Counted from the stretch's first letter, positions 42,971 to 56,990 are shown. The stretch: DNA of 64,000 bases from Octopus sinensis (GCF_006345805.1 NC_043000.1:70122001-70186000), one strand, 5' to 3'. Numbers and translations: made by a program. The notes: generated by a model from the sequence alone, not told the origin.

Positions 42971-43013
<43 letters not shown>

Positions 43014-43651
43014 AGTGTGTATGTGTGTATGTGTGTCTGTATGTGCGTGTGTATATGTTTGTGTCCAGGCTTTGAATCATAAATTTCAGCTAAAGAAAAT
43101 CGCATGTGTATCCCACTATGAAGAACAAATCAGCGGGACAAAGGAATAAAATGCCAATTCCTTTTAAACGGCAACCACTTTAATAGCACCAGAATCACCA
43201 TCCCACTACATCTACACACTCATAGCAGTTTGCCAACGGCCCTTCAGCAACAACACAGCCTGATAAGCTAAGTAACTACTACTAAATTCAGGACACCACG
43301 GACAGAGGGGATGTTCTTGAAGCCGAGGATTTCAAACTTACGTAGATAATACTTACATATCACCTGAGAAAACACAACTAGATATCATATTGCAGGGAAA
43401 CAGTTGCATAATCAAGTACCTGCACTCCTGGAGAACTACGTTGCGTAGAAACAATTGTAGCGATTAAAAACTAAATGTTCAACCAGACCCCTCCTTGCTG
43501 ACTCCAAGTTTTTCAATTATATATTCACATACAACAGATACTGAAACACAAACCTGGGAGTACGTATAATACTGGATAGCCCTGGATAAATCCGAAGGTG
43601 GACGACCTTTATATTGTACTTTACTACGTTCTTAAGAGAGTATACCATAAC

Positions 43652-43724
<73 letters not shown>

Positions 43725-43904
43725 CACATAAGCACGCACACACGTATATATACATATATATAGTCTTCTAGTATATCGTAGGTCCGACCAAAACCTTGTG
43801 AGGTGATATGGTACGCGAAAACTGAAAGATGTATGTATGTATAAAAGTTATGTAGGTAGGTATCTATGCTTGTATACACATATATACTTGTGTGATTATA
43901 TAGG

Positions 43905-43942
<38 letters not shown>

Positions 43943-43943
43943 A

Positions 43944-44002
<59 letters not shown>

Positions 44003-44508
44003 TAGATGGTATGTTAACTCTGTGAAAGGATGGTTGATTCCAGGGAAGTACTGGTTCAATACCTTGTATTTGGGGGAATGAAATTCTCTTAAAACAATAC
44101 ATATATATAAAGCATATAGTCTATATATATTTAAAAGAAGAAAATAAAATGGAGATTAATAAGTTAATAACTGTTTATTATTAACAACAAATTAGCCATC
44201 TTCGCGTCTTACAACTTTTTCAATTAATACTCAGTAATTTAATTACAAATTTGTACATCAAAATTACATGTGTGTCATTAATATAATTTCATCAGAGGGA
44301 AAAAGATGTACCTTTGGATGTGAGCTTATATGTATGTCACATAAATGTAAATTTAATGTACAAATTTGTAATTAAACTATAAGGTATTAATTGAAACAGC
44401 TGTAAGAAGCGAAGATGGCCAATGTGTTATTAATAATAAACAATTATTAACTTCCTAATCTCCATTATCTTTTCTTTTGTTTTATATATATATATCTGTA
44501 TGTGTGTA

Positions 44509-44555
<47 letters not shown>

Positions 44556-44571
44556 TGTGTGTGTGTTTGCG

Positions 44572-44775
44572 TGTGTATGTTTGTGTCTCCTCACAATCGC
44601 TTGGCAACCGATGCTGGTGTGTTTACGTCTCCGTAGATTAGCAGTTCAGCAAAAGAGACCGATAGAATAAGTACTAGGCTTGCAAAGAATAAGTACTAGG
44701 TTCGATTTGCGACTAAAGGCGGTGCTCCAGCATGGCCGCAGTCAAATTATTGAAACAAATAAAAGAATAAAAGAA
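44572..44775 (+). mobile_element. SINE family 2, 3' half
   Basis: Matches 26250-26454. Confidence 0.85.
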
Positions 44776-47229
44776 TATATAACACACAAACATACATTAT
44801 GTGTCCGCTATTTTGAACAGGGACCTTACAATCGTACCTGATTCTTGAAGTGCTTCAATTCAATGTAAATAAATATATATCTACTTGGTTGCTGACATCT
44901 ATCAATGGTTTCTCTCATTGTTTTGATAATGGCAAGCTCTATCATTAATAAAACAGTCAACATTTTTTATGACACGGGTATACTAGTTAATATATTTTTT
45001 AAATGATATTCCCATGTGTAATTTTAAATAATATAATATTGATACAATATATGTGGATGCAGAAACAACACTTCTCAGAAAAATATCTCAGCTTTATCTA
45101 ATAATTAGTTTATTAAAATATATCTTGTTTTTACGTTTCGTGATTACTTAGAAAGTAATAATAAAATAAAACCATATGTTGACAAGTTGTTACTAGTAAA
45201 AGAACCCAACTTGTTAAATTTCGTTGTAATTCAATTATTTCTTAATCGTTTCTCATGTAACAGTATGTACACTCTCTGGGATGTATATCAAATAAGTTTG
45301 AATATATTTATGAGTTTGACTGAAGGTTTTGAAAAGTTTTGTACTAAACGTATTTGCTTTTACATCCTAAACGGAAAAGAATGCAGCAAACATACCGTTT
45401 CATCGACTCAAAAAGGATTAAAGACACGGTAGTTAGTGGCTGAATTTGAAATCAGAATTAGATATACGAAATTACATACTGCAAGATATTTGTTGTAGTG
45501 AACTACCATTTATGTCATTTTACCGCCCCAAACTCTAAAGGTTTATTTCTCCTAATATATTAGTGACACTTCCATCATTGTACTCCTGGAATTTCTTATA
45601 TCAACTCTCTATAAAAGTGAAAGACGAGTCAAATGTTTTATTGTTACTGACAACGACTCCACACGAAATTACTCTTCTAGTAATTTTTTGAGATACAGAA
45701 GCGATAATATTGAACTTTTTTTTACTCTAGCGCAAGGCCACAAATCAGTTAGGAAAGAACACTATTTGTTGGTATGCTTGCCTGTCTCAATATCACTTCT
45801 CTAGTGACTATAACAGAGCATTGAGGAGCAAGATATAAGCTCTTGGCATGTGTCGTACGCGGTGCAAGTTTGATTTCCTGTTTGAAGCTAATTCAAATCA
45901 CTTACTTCACTAATGCGCTAGAACGTCACACATTTTCACTTATAAATATGTGTCATTTTACCTAATTAACATTTATTCAGAGTGCATAAAATATTTCGAA
46001 AACTGTATATGAATGTAATCGATTCTTATTCAATAGTATTTCCACAAATGCTCGTTCGTCTTTCGGTCTCCTTCACTTTAAGCTGAAAGTTTACTCCTAA
46101 CTTTCTTAAACTTTGGATGTACAAGTAAATATCAGTCAATATTTCAGTAAGAATCTGTTCAAAAAGTGAAAGAAGCAAACATTACACCGAGTCTGAAAAA
46201 TGTTATCGTTTCTCATTAAATTGTAATCCTCAAATCGTTTCCACGAATTGAGATTATACGAACTATATTCTATTTTTCACAACTGCTAACTAAATAGAGC
46301 TATATGTGATTCAGTTCGAGGGAAATATATTCTTGAAGACTTGTTGTAGACCAAGTAAGAAAGTACAGAATTTTACGCTAAACATATTTTGATAACTGTA
46401 TTCTGTGAAATTAATTTTCTGTAACTGAGCAACAAAGAAAGTAAGAAGTAATCCTATTAAGCGTTAATTAATTAATCTTTACTTAATTCGGTTGAACTTA
46501 ATAGCGAATGGTGTCGTAGCTCAAGTGAAAAATAAAAATGTATATCACTTTTTTCCAATCCCAAGCAATTATGTAATTGTAATTTGGTATGTGAGAGTTA
46601 CAAGTGGTGCGTGTCGATAGTGGTGACTGCCTTCCTCTGGGTCGAATAGGCATATCTCATCTGTGGTTTACCATTCTGTTCAAGGTCAACAAACTGAAAT
46701 CTTAGCAAATAAACACTTAACTGAAAGTGAATACCCTATAATAGGTTACTCAATATTGTAAAGCTTACAAATATTTTTTTGGTAGTATTAATGTGGATCG
46801 TTCTTTGTTGTTTTTATTAGGGTTGAGTGTCATAGCGGAAGGATTAAATTTAAGCAATTTACAGGAAATAATGATTAACTTAATTTCAAAAATAAATATA
46901 GGTTTCTTTAAAATTGCTTCATGAAGTACTCTTTTCAATGAAAAAGAAATCTTATGCAGCTGAAATGAAAGATAATAGTTCTGTAATAAAATAAGAAACC
47001 ATGTTAGCTTCCAAATAATGTCTTAGAAATTTCAAATGACGTTCTTTTTAAGGACTGTGAAAGGAAAGAGTAAGCTTTTTGTTCAAAGTGAACACAAATT
47101 ATTTTATTTCATGTCATTAAAAAGTAGTGCAATTTAAATCAACAGTTTTCCATGTTACAGTTTGGGAAGAGAGAGAAAAATTAAATATCATCAAATTACG
47201 CTTGTAAAAAAGAAAATACAGAATATAAA

Positions 47230-49241
47230 TAAAGTTTAGAAAATTTATCACTTTGAACTGGGCCCTGCTGGTAAAACCCACCGCTTGAGCAATTTCCTCA
47301 ACATCTTACTCAAACCATTTCTGAAACATGTGAAAAGCTTCATCAGGGGTGACTTAGACATGCTCAACCACCTCCCGAAGACAATAAAGTAACCCCGTTA
47401 GTATCATTCTATGTGGTGAACTTGTAAACCAATATTCCACACGATTATGGTATAGAAGCAATCACCTTCTGGCTAGAAAAATACCCAGAAGAAATCCCAG
47501 GACGCATCAACCACAGATTCATAATTGCAGTACTGAAATTCATCCTACTGAACAACTATTTCATGTTCGATACAGTTATCTATCGACAAATTGTAGAATT
47601 GCAATGGGAACTCGAACTGCCCCAGTGATTGCGAACCTTGTAATGGCTTGCCTATAACTGAAAATATACCAATCATCACAACAAAAATATGGCACCTCAT
47701 TTCATTGCTACTTAAAGGAGAACTGCAAAAAGGTATTTAGATGATTGCTTTATACTTTGGAAAGATGGCATGGAAAAACTCCTCGATTTCAAAATAATGC
47801 TCAACAATATCAATAGCAACATACAATTCACCATGGAACACTGCAATAAACAACTTCCTATTCTTGACATCCTAATTAAAATAGTCAATAATCACACCGA
47901 AATGGACATCTATAAACCTACAGATTCAAAACAATACCTATTATTCAACTCATGTCACCCCAAACACAAAAATTAATATACCTTATAATCTAGCGAAAAG
48001 AATCTGTACCATAGTTTCGGACATCAATACTCGTGAACGAAGACTCCTTGAACTCAGATCAATACTAATCAAGAGACATTACCCAACATCATTTACAAAT
48101 AATGGGATTAAATGAACAAAGGAAATAGACATATGAACATTAAAGGAAGTCAACCGAAATACTACACCAGACTTTAAAATACTCCTATACGTCTCTACAC
48201 ACAACCCTAGAAACAATGAGGCCTTCAACATTATCATCCAAAATCTACCCATCCTCACAGGAGATAAAACAATGAACAAAGGTTTAGGCTCACACAAAAT
48301 TATCAAGAGCAAAATGCAACTGAAATCATTGAAAAAAATATTAACCAACGCAAGACTATATTCATTAACAACGGAACCAAAAATGAAAAAATGCGGTCTG
48401 TCTAGTTGTGGCACATGCCCCCACCTTTTGGAGGTTACAGTGTTCCACTTTAAACGAGGTGAAACATTTAAAATAAAATCAAATTTCACCTGTGCCTCGG
48501 AAAATCTAATCTATGCCATTACCTGCTCATTATAATCATTATGTTGGCCAAACAGGAATGTCACTCCGAAGAATAACTTTGCACAAAGAACAAATTCGCT
48601 GCCCACAATACAGACAGTTACAGGTAAGTGAACACATAGAAAGGTGTGCTAAGAAACTTAATCCCAACTTCATTTTATATCAATGTTCACAGAACCCCTC
48701 AGTTCAGCAACATTCATCAATAAATATCATCCACAACTCAAATGAACACACAATATAGAACATTACTAACCTTACCATAAATACCACTAATTCCCATACA
48801 TTCCATACACCATTCATATTAAAGTATTACATCCACCCTAATTGCACCACTCCCAGAACTATATAATATTTTTACTCAAGGATTATATTTGCATATAATA
48901 TTTTTACTCAGGGATTAGTTGACCCGACCGACACCATTTGGTAATTGGTGCGCATTCAAAGCCAGTGAACATTAATTGACGAAACCCGTATGACTTTGAA
49001 TCCCTTTAACAATTCAAAATAATGACTTTTATTTCTCTTAATTCTACTTCAGTTCATTTAATTGTATATATTTATCGTTATTTTTCATTAAAAAAGCCTT
49101 TATTTTTTTTATATCAGTGTGCATTTCGCCTTTTTCTTACTTTCTATATATATCTACCACGTGTAGTTTATTTTTCTCTTTGAAACCTATTTCTAGGCTG
49201 CAACAGCAAGAAGTTTCTTATAAGTTTTCTGTAGCAGGCAT

Positions 49242-49242
<1 letters not shown>
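47230..49242 (+). mobile_element. Decayed Neptune-type Penelope-like element (RT, GIY-YIG, 3' UTR)
   Basis: TNIPHDYGIEAI..LNNYF.F..AMGT.TAPVIANL, LPILDILI..YKPTDSKQYL..SCHP, KKCGLSSCGTC, ENLIYAITC..YVGQT. Ends at (TA)n. Confidence 0.85.
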
Positions 49243-49316
<74 letters not shown>

Positions 49317-49318
49317 TA

Positions 49319-49349
<31 letters not shown>

Positions 49350-49399
49350 CATATATTAAGGTGCGTGTAATATTTCATTTATTTCTTATCGTATTTTCT

Positions 49400-50338
49400 A
49401 CTGTAAGAGACAACCTAAAAGCTTGAAATGTTTTGAACAAAGGCAAGGTTTGACCTTAGCAACAAAGATCAACCATTTACTATATCTAAATGCAATGATA
49501 GCCGATGCGATACATACCGATTAATTCATACTGGCCCATATATGAACATAAAAACAAGAAAAATATTCACAAACGCGAACATGAACTGCAAAAGCAGAAA
49601 TTTAATCTACTGCATCAAATCCCCAAATTGTGAAGAACTGTATGTTGGCCAGACAGGTAATGCACTTTCAGAGCGCTCGCGTGTGCATCGACAACAAATT
49701 AAAAACCCAGAAGTCCGCCAAATACCACTGAGTGACTATCTGGCAACATGTGGTCGGAAAACTTTTATGATATTCCTATTTCATAAACTTTACAACCTGA
49801 ATGAAATTGAGAGAAAACTGAGAGAAAAGGACTTTATTAAGAAATTCAAACCCAAGCTTAACAAACAATGATTAAATTAATCTTATTTGGGGTCTAAAAA
49901 TCTTATCTCTATAACCAAAACAAAAAATCTCTAAATAGTACTGCTGTCATCATATCTAAAAATAAACATTGAAACATGGTTTGGCATCATTTCTAAAAAT
50001 AGCCAAACAACTACTACTGCTGCCCACAGGAACATATATAAAGGACAAAAGACAGCCAGTCAACCACAGTTGAAACACTCCTGTCACAACCTGGGACCTT
50101 GAAGACTGCTTTAATGCAAGAAAGTATACTAGTCCCTTAATATTTTATATTCAATATTTCATCTATTCAATAAGACAATCAATACTTCATTTCATTTTAC
50201 TATATATACTATATCTATCATTTATACTATATATTCTATATTCTACACTAATATTATAAAGAATATAAATAAAATAAAAACAGAGTTGGAATTTCTTTGA
50301 ATAATATATATCCCTCTATATACAATCATACAAACCCC

Positions 50339-50340
<2 letters not shown>
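49400..50340 (+). mobile_element. Penelope-like 3' fragment (GIY-YIG) plus 3' UTR, between (TA)n arrays
   Basis: ORF 49542-49871 NCKSRNLIYCIKSPNCEELYVGQTGNALSERSRVH..E...IKKFKPKLN. Confidence 0.85.
50093..50136 (+). ncRNA. Minimal type I hammerhead ribozyme motif (slightly degenerate)
   Basis: GGGAC-CTTGAAGA-CTGC tttaat GCAA-GAAA-GTATAC-TA-GTCCC. Stem I GGGAC/GTCCC, palindromic stem III AGTATACT, with one extra U in the core. Confidence 0.6.
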
Positions 50341-50394
<54 letters not shown>

Positions 50395-50678
50395 ATATAT
50401 ATATATTACTGCCAGGATTTTGGCGTCTTTTATTAACAATACGGATAGGATCGCCGGTCAGGAGAAGAGACAGTAGAAAACTTATAGTTCACTCTTTTTC
50501 CGAGAGCAATAATGAAGTGAAACGTTTCAATGGGGAACTAAATATATTTCCCGGACTAAGCTATACTGAGAATTTACATATTGCTGTAAGATGATTGTCA
50601 TTGATTCCTTGAATATCAAATCATATATGAAGTGTCGTAGTATAATATGGTACACTCGCCTGTTGTCAATGACTTGGC

Positions 50679-50714
<36 letters not shown>

Positions 50715-50725
50715 TATATAGAAGG

Positions 50726-50776
50726 AGCTTCTACAGGACTAGAAACTGTTTCATTCAAAGAAATCTTCAGGAAGCT
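50726..50776 (-). ncRNA. Type I hammerhead ribozyme motif (left arm)
   Basis: Reverse complement AGCTTC-CTGAAGA-TTTC ttt GAAT-GAAA-CAG tttctagtc CTG-TA-GAAGCT. Confidence 0.75.
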
Positions 50777-51068
50777 AGTTAACAAGAATTGTATTGGCAT
50801 TTATACATTTAGGCAGGTTTAAAGGTGTTGGTGGGGGACTTTTTGGGGTAGGCATAGCGCAAAAAATCATACTTGGGGGATGGGTCAAGGAGTCAGTGTT
50901 AAATTAGATAGGAGAATAAATAAAAAATAAAAAATAAAAAATAAAAAAATAAAAAATAAAAAATAAAAAATAAAAAAAAAAAAAAAAAATAAAAAATAAC
51001 AAAAAATAAAAATAATAAAAAAAAATAAATAAAAATAAAAATAAAAAAATTAAAAAAAATTCAAAAAA

Positions 51069-51099
<31 letters not shown>

Positions 51100-52116
51100 A
51101 TATAAAGGGGGAATAGAGTTTTAGGTAAATAAGGAGATTCTCACTTATACCTCTACACATACACACATATATACACTCACACATACATATACATATCTAC
51201 ATACACATATATATGTATACATACACACACTCACTTGCATACACGTATCACACATGTATATATACACACACGACCACACATACATATACACACAGAAAAA
51301 TATATATATACACATACACACACATACTCACATACACGCATACACACACAAATCCATACACACACATATGCACACCACAGCACTAGTCCCTATATACACA
51401 TATATACACATACACATATATATACCCACACCCATACACATACATACACATATATATACATACATACACATACATATACATATATATATACATACACATA
51501 TATATATATATATATATACACATATATATACATATGTGTACCCATGCATACCTACACATACACACATATATATATATATACATATACAAATACAGACCCA
51601 TTCCCTATTTTAATTTTATTATCTTCGTTTATTACTTTTGTTATCTTGGCCGCTTGGTCACAAACATCTTGGCTATGACAGCCAGACCATTTATCCGTCT
51701 ACTGGAAAACAATTACTCATTCACTCACGCACACTCTTTAGCACGTACACTCACTCATTCGTACACTCATACGCATACACGCACGCACGCGTTATATCAT
51801 ACATACATACATCTACATACATTCACGTATATACACATACGTACGCGTACCTACAGATTCATGTCTCACTCTTAGAAGGCTAGTCTTACATATACACAAT
51901 AAATATAAATACACACACATACATGTACACCTACATACAAATACATACATGTACATATATATATATATATATATATATACCGTACCTACAGATTCATGTC
52001 TACACTCTTAAGAGGCTAGTCTATACATATACACCAATAAATATAAATACACACACATACATGTACACCTACATACAAATACATACATGTACACATATAT
52101 ATACATACATATATAT

Positions 52117-52161
<45 letters not shown>

Positions 52162-52514
52162 TAATATATATATTATATATATACATATATATATATTCAT
52201 ACTAACATGCATACTCAAAAAATAAGTAATAGTAAATATATATACGCGCAGTTATTCATACATGCATACTCAAAAAATAAATATTAAGTATATGTACGTG
52301 CAGTTACCTATTATATAGACGGATACATACATATAATAAACTTACACACATAGATATATATATATATATGTATCCGTCTATATAATAGGTAACTGCACGT
52401 ACATATACTTAATATTTATTTTTTGAGTATGCATGTATGATAACTGCGCGTATATATATTTACTATTTACTTATTTTTTTTGAGTATGCATGTTAGTATG
52501 AATATATATATATG

Positions 52515-52578
<64 letters not shown>

Positions 52579-52727
52579 ATATATGTGTACATGTATGTAT
52601 TTGTATGTAGGTGTACATGTATGTGTGTGTATTTATATTTATTGGTGTATATGTATAGACTAGCCTTCTAAGAGTGTAGACATGAATCTGTAGGTACGCG
52701 TATATATATATATATATATATTATGTA

Positions 52728-52778
<51 letters not shown>

Positions 52779-53707
52779 GTACATGTATGTATTTGTATGT
52801 AGGTGTACATGTATGTGTGTGTATTTATATTATTGGTGTATATGTATAGACTAGCCTTCTAAGAGTGTAGACATGAATCTGTAGGTACGCGTACGTATGT
52901 GAATATACGTGAATGTATGTAGATGTATGTATGTATGAATATAACGCGTGCGTGCGTGTATGCGTATGAGTGTACGAATGAGTGAGTGTACGTGCTAAGA
53001 GTGTGCGTGAGTGAATGAGTAATTGTTTTCCAGTAGACGGATAAATGGTCTGGCTGTCATAGCCAAGATGTTTGTGACCAAGCGGCCAAAGATAACAAAG
53101 TAATAAACGAAGATAATAAAATTAAAATTAGGGAATGGGTCTGTATTTGTATATGTATATATATATATAGTGTGTATGTGTAGGTATGCATGGGTACACA
53201 TATGTATATATGTGTATATATATCTATATATGTGTATGTATATATATATGTATATGTATGTGTATGTATGTATATATATGTGTATGTATGTGTATGTGTG
53301 GGTTATATATATGTGTGTATGTGTATATATGTGTATATAGGGACTAGTGTGCTGTGTGTGCATATGTGTGTGTATGGATTTTGTGTGTATGCGTGTATGT
53401 GAGTATGTGTGTGTATGTGTATATATATATTTTTCTGTGTGTATATGTATGTGGTCGTGTGTGTATATATACATGTGTGTATACGTGTATGCAAGTGAGT
53501 GTGTGTATGTATACATATATATGTGTATGTGTAGATATGTATATGTATGTGTGAGTGTATATATGTGTGTATGTGTAGAGGTATAAGTGAGAATCTCCTT
53601 ATTTACCTAAAACTCTATTCCCCCCTTATATATATATATATATATATAATATATATATTTTTTTTTTTTTTTTTATATTTTATTTTTTATTTTTTATTTT
53701 TATTTTT

Positions 53708-53740
<33 letters not shown>

Positions 53741-53898
53741 ATTTTATTTTTTATTTATCTCCTATCTAATTTAACACTGACTCCTTGACCACTCCCCCAA
53801 GTATGATTTTTTGCGCTATGCCTACCCCAAAAAGTCCCCCACCAACACCCCTTTAAACCTGCCTAAATGTATAAATGCCAATACAATTCTTGTTAACT

Positions 53899-53949
53899 AG
53901 CTTCCTGAAGATTTCTCTTGAATGAAACAGTTCTAGTCCTGTAGAAGCT
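53899..53949 (+). ncRNA. Type I hammerhead ribozyme motif (right arm), predicted cleavage after GUA at 53943
   Basis: AGCTTC-CTGAAGA-TTTC tctt GAAT-GAAA-CAG ttctagtc CTG-TA-GAAGCT. Intact CUGANGA/GAAA/UH core and 6-bp stem I, with only a U-U mismatch at the base of stem II. Confidence 0.78.
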
Positions 53950-54046
53950 CCTTCTATATAATAAATTAATTTTACTCTGCTATGTATTGAGTACCTTATT
54001 TACTGTGGTTAACCCCGGATCAACCCGGGACCTACATATATATATA

Positions 54047-54091
<45 letters not shown>

Positions 54092-56031
54092 TAATATTCT
54101 TTTCAACATGTATTCTCCAATCATTACGTATACATTAATTCATTAACTGCAAAGGTAAGAACCAATGAAATTTGTAGTACTTAGAGAAAATAATAAATTC
54201 ATATTTTAAACTTTCTCAAAATCGATCTTCTCAAAAATTGTAACATTTCAATGAACAAAAATTAATATTATTTAATAATTCTCTTTTCTGAAAGTTTTTT
54301 TTCTATAGTTTCAGCTCAGAGCTGCGGCCATGCTGATGCACCGTCGTTATTATATTAGACATTGATAAAAATCAACACTTAAACAGTTTTAAATATAGTG
54401 AAAAACGCTAATATAGTGTATCCAGCGAAACGAATACTAGGAAATATCTATGCTGTAGATAAATATTTATACTGTAAGTAAAGTGCAGATATTTTTAAAA
54501 TACTGAAACAAACAAGTAAAATTCTAATTGCCAACGTTCTCTAAAATAATCTTGATATAGCGTCCGAAAGCTAAATAAAAGTAAACTATATATATAGAAA
54601 TATATACACACAAGCATACACAAGTACACACGCACAGTAACATATATTAATACATACAGTGAGAGCGATATACAATGACACATACATATGTGTGCGCATG
54701 CACACAGAGGCGATCTTCATGCTCTGCTAATAGACCGGATTTACAGAATTTTGGTTTCTCTGGACTCTTTTCTTAGACTTTCGTGATTACAAGATATAAA
54801 TCTCATTACATACTTCAATAAATCAATAAGTATGGAATTAATTCAGAATTCAGGCTCAGGCTGCGATAGCAAGAAGTTCCTCATAAGATTTCTGTAGTAG
54901 GCATTAAAAAGGTTATTCTGAAATATTCCTGCACATTATATTTATGGTTATTTTGTAATTTATTTTATGTTTACTAGATATTGACATTTAGTATTGGTTC
55001 GAGCTGTTCGGACAGGCAGTCTAAATGATAGCCAGTGAGTAATATTTTGCTATAATTCTCCTATCACCAGTATTTTTCAATGTTGTGCCATCCCCTATAG
55101 TTACGGCTAAGGAATTGCTCACAATAGACCCAATCACAATTATATTTACCCAATTGACTGATCATATTTAACTGCTATGCTGCTCTCTTTAACTGACTTC
55201 AGATTCGTAGTGATACATTCAAGTAATAGAATACTAAAACAAAAAAACAGGTCTACAGTTGTCATTTAAATAGATCATTCCATTTGTTTTACTTCTGTGA
55301 CAGGGACATTTTCTTCCAATATAGAGTTATTTCGTAATAATGATAACTAAAATTCAACTTTAGAATTACATATAATCTGTGTATCTCGTAATTATGATGA
55401 AAACTTTAAAAACCAAAACACTACACTACAAAAGCTTATTTCGATCACGGAGGGACCACCCTCATATAAGGAAGAACTTTATTATCGTAGAAAAAAATGA
55501 TGCGCAGCGTATGTAACATCAGTTGAATTAAGTAATGCATGATGACGATCACCACTCACATTCGATTGAGTTGAAAGAAGCAGAAACCATTAGACTATAT
55601 TTCTTTTGCTTTAATGGAAATATACATTACAATATGGCTGCTGCCTCGAACCAAGAAGAAAAATGGTTTGAATGGGGAAAATGCTTCCGTATACATTTGA
55701 AAATGGATATTTAGTTTTTTACGATGTATAATTCTGTGTCCTTAGCCATTACTATAACTCATATTTCTGCTAGCCACGCCAATAGAGTAATGCAAGTCAT
55801 TTGTTCTTTCTAATCAGAACAATTGTAGAAAGTAACTTCAAATTCAGTATTCCACTGGCATATACGAGTGACTGCCATGTCGTAAATCTATACGAATTCT
55901 CTACTAACAGAAACATAGCGATAGTTCGGTGGCGAGTTTATAGCATTCATACGTAGTCAGTAAACTAGTAAACTCAGTGTAAATCGTTTGGCCAATCTGC
56001 TTCAATCCTATTCAATTACATTCACACACAT

Positions 56032-56089
56032 GCGGTGCTCCAGCATGGCCGCAGTCAAATGACTGAAACAAGTAAAAGAGTAAAAGAGT
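56032..56089 (+). mobile_element. SINE family 2, 3' tail fragment
   Basis: GCGGTGCTCCAGCATGGCCGCAGTCAAATGACTGAAACAAGTAAAAGAGT. Confidence 0.8.
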
Positions 56090-56289
56090 ATATATATTTA
56101 TATAGATTGATATACATACATACTTGCATGTATACGTATATTTGCATGAGTGTGTATAATTAGTATATGATACTAATTATATACTATTTATTTATTTATT
56201 TATTTATTATGTACTTTATTGAGATTTAGGTAAATGCTTTATCATATCTTTTGTTTTTTCTATATGGTGTGATTTACGTCTATCATAGT

Positions 56290-56400
56290 TTGAATTGCTT
56301 AAAAGTGGTCTTTCCCTAATCTATATATATATATTTGATCTAGTACTACTAAATTGATTTTTTCCTGTAAGTTTGGAATTATATTCCCTAATATTATATA
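56290..56400. repeat. Dispersed repeat related to the 62751-63095 fold-back
   Basis: TGATTTTT.CCTGTAAGTTTGGA.TTAT..TCCCTAATA is shared with 63068-63104. Confidence 0.7.
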
Positions 56401-56728
56401 AATAAGGATAAGATCGTTAATTTAAAAATAGAATAACGATTTTATCAAATGGTCAGCATGGAAAAAAATAACCTTCAAAGGTAATAATTATTAAAGTTAT
56501 AAATTAGGGTATTTACGAGATACCACCATGCTGAAAATAGCAGCCATGATCTGACTCTAAAACTACCTTAATTGTCCGTATATCAACACGAAGAGAAAAC
56601 AAAGAGAGAAGATAAAACTAGTAAAAAATTACTGGATAATTCTAGATCCCGGATTTCTGACTTTGCATTTAGTAATGCTTTGCCACGTCATTAGAATACA
56701 CACAGAAGAAAATCACAAATACATCTAT

Positions 56729-56760
<32 letters not shown>

Positions 56761-56890
56761 GTGTGTGTTGTGTGTGTGTGTGTAAGCACAGCATACGAAT
56801 ACTTACATATAGGAAGGTATACCTACATATATATGCACGTATGCATCATGGCTAGTTCAAAATACCCGCCGTTTAATTCCATGTGAGATA

Positions 56891-56990
56891 NNNNNNNNNN
56901 NNNNNNNNNNNNNNNNNNNNNNNNNNNNNNNNNNNNNNNNNNNNNNNNNNNNNNNNNNNNNNNNNNNNNNNNNNNNNNNNNNNNNNNNNN
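56891..56990. other. Assembly gap (100 N)
   Basis: Run of N in the sequence. Confidence 1.

Larger units (their letters stand above)
50709..53966. repeat. 3.26-kb inverted repeat (arms 50709-52329 and 52367-53966, ~37-bp spacer)
   Basis: Unique segments mirror each other throughout, e.g. GTTACCTATTATATAGACGGATACAT / ATGTATCCGTCTATATAATAGGTAAC at the centre and GAAGGAGCTTCTACAGG / CCTGTAGAAGCTCCTTC at the outer ends. Confidence 0.95.

Noticed and set aside
46600-46720. GC-richer island in unique AT-rich DNA as a coding exon
   Set aside because: Only short open frames are present, with no recognisable motif and no clear splice pair.
49196-49242. Short repeat shared with 54860-54905 as another hammerhead
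   Set aside because: The repeat is real but has no CUGANGA/GAAA core with compatible stems on either strand.
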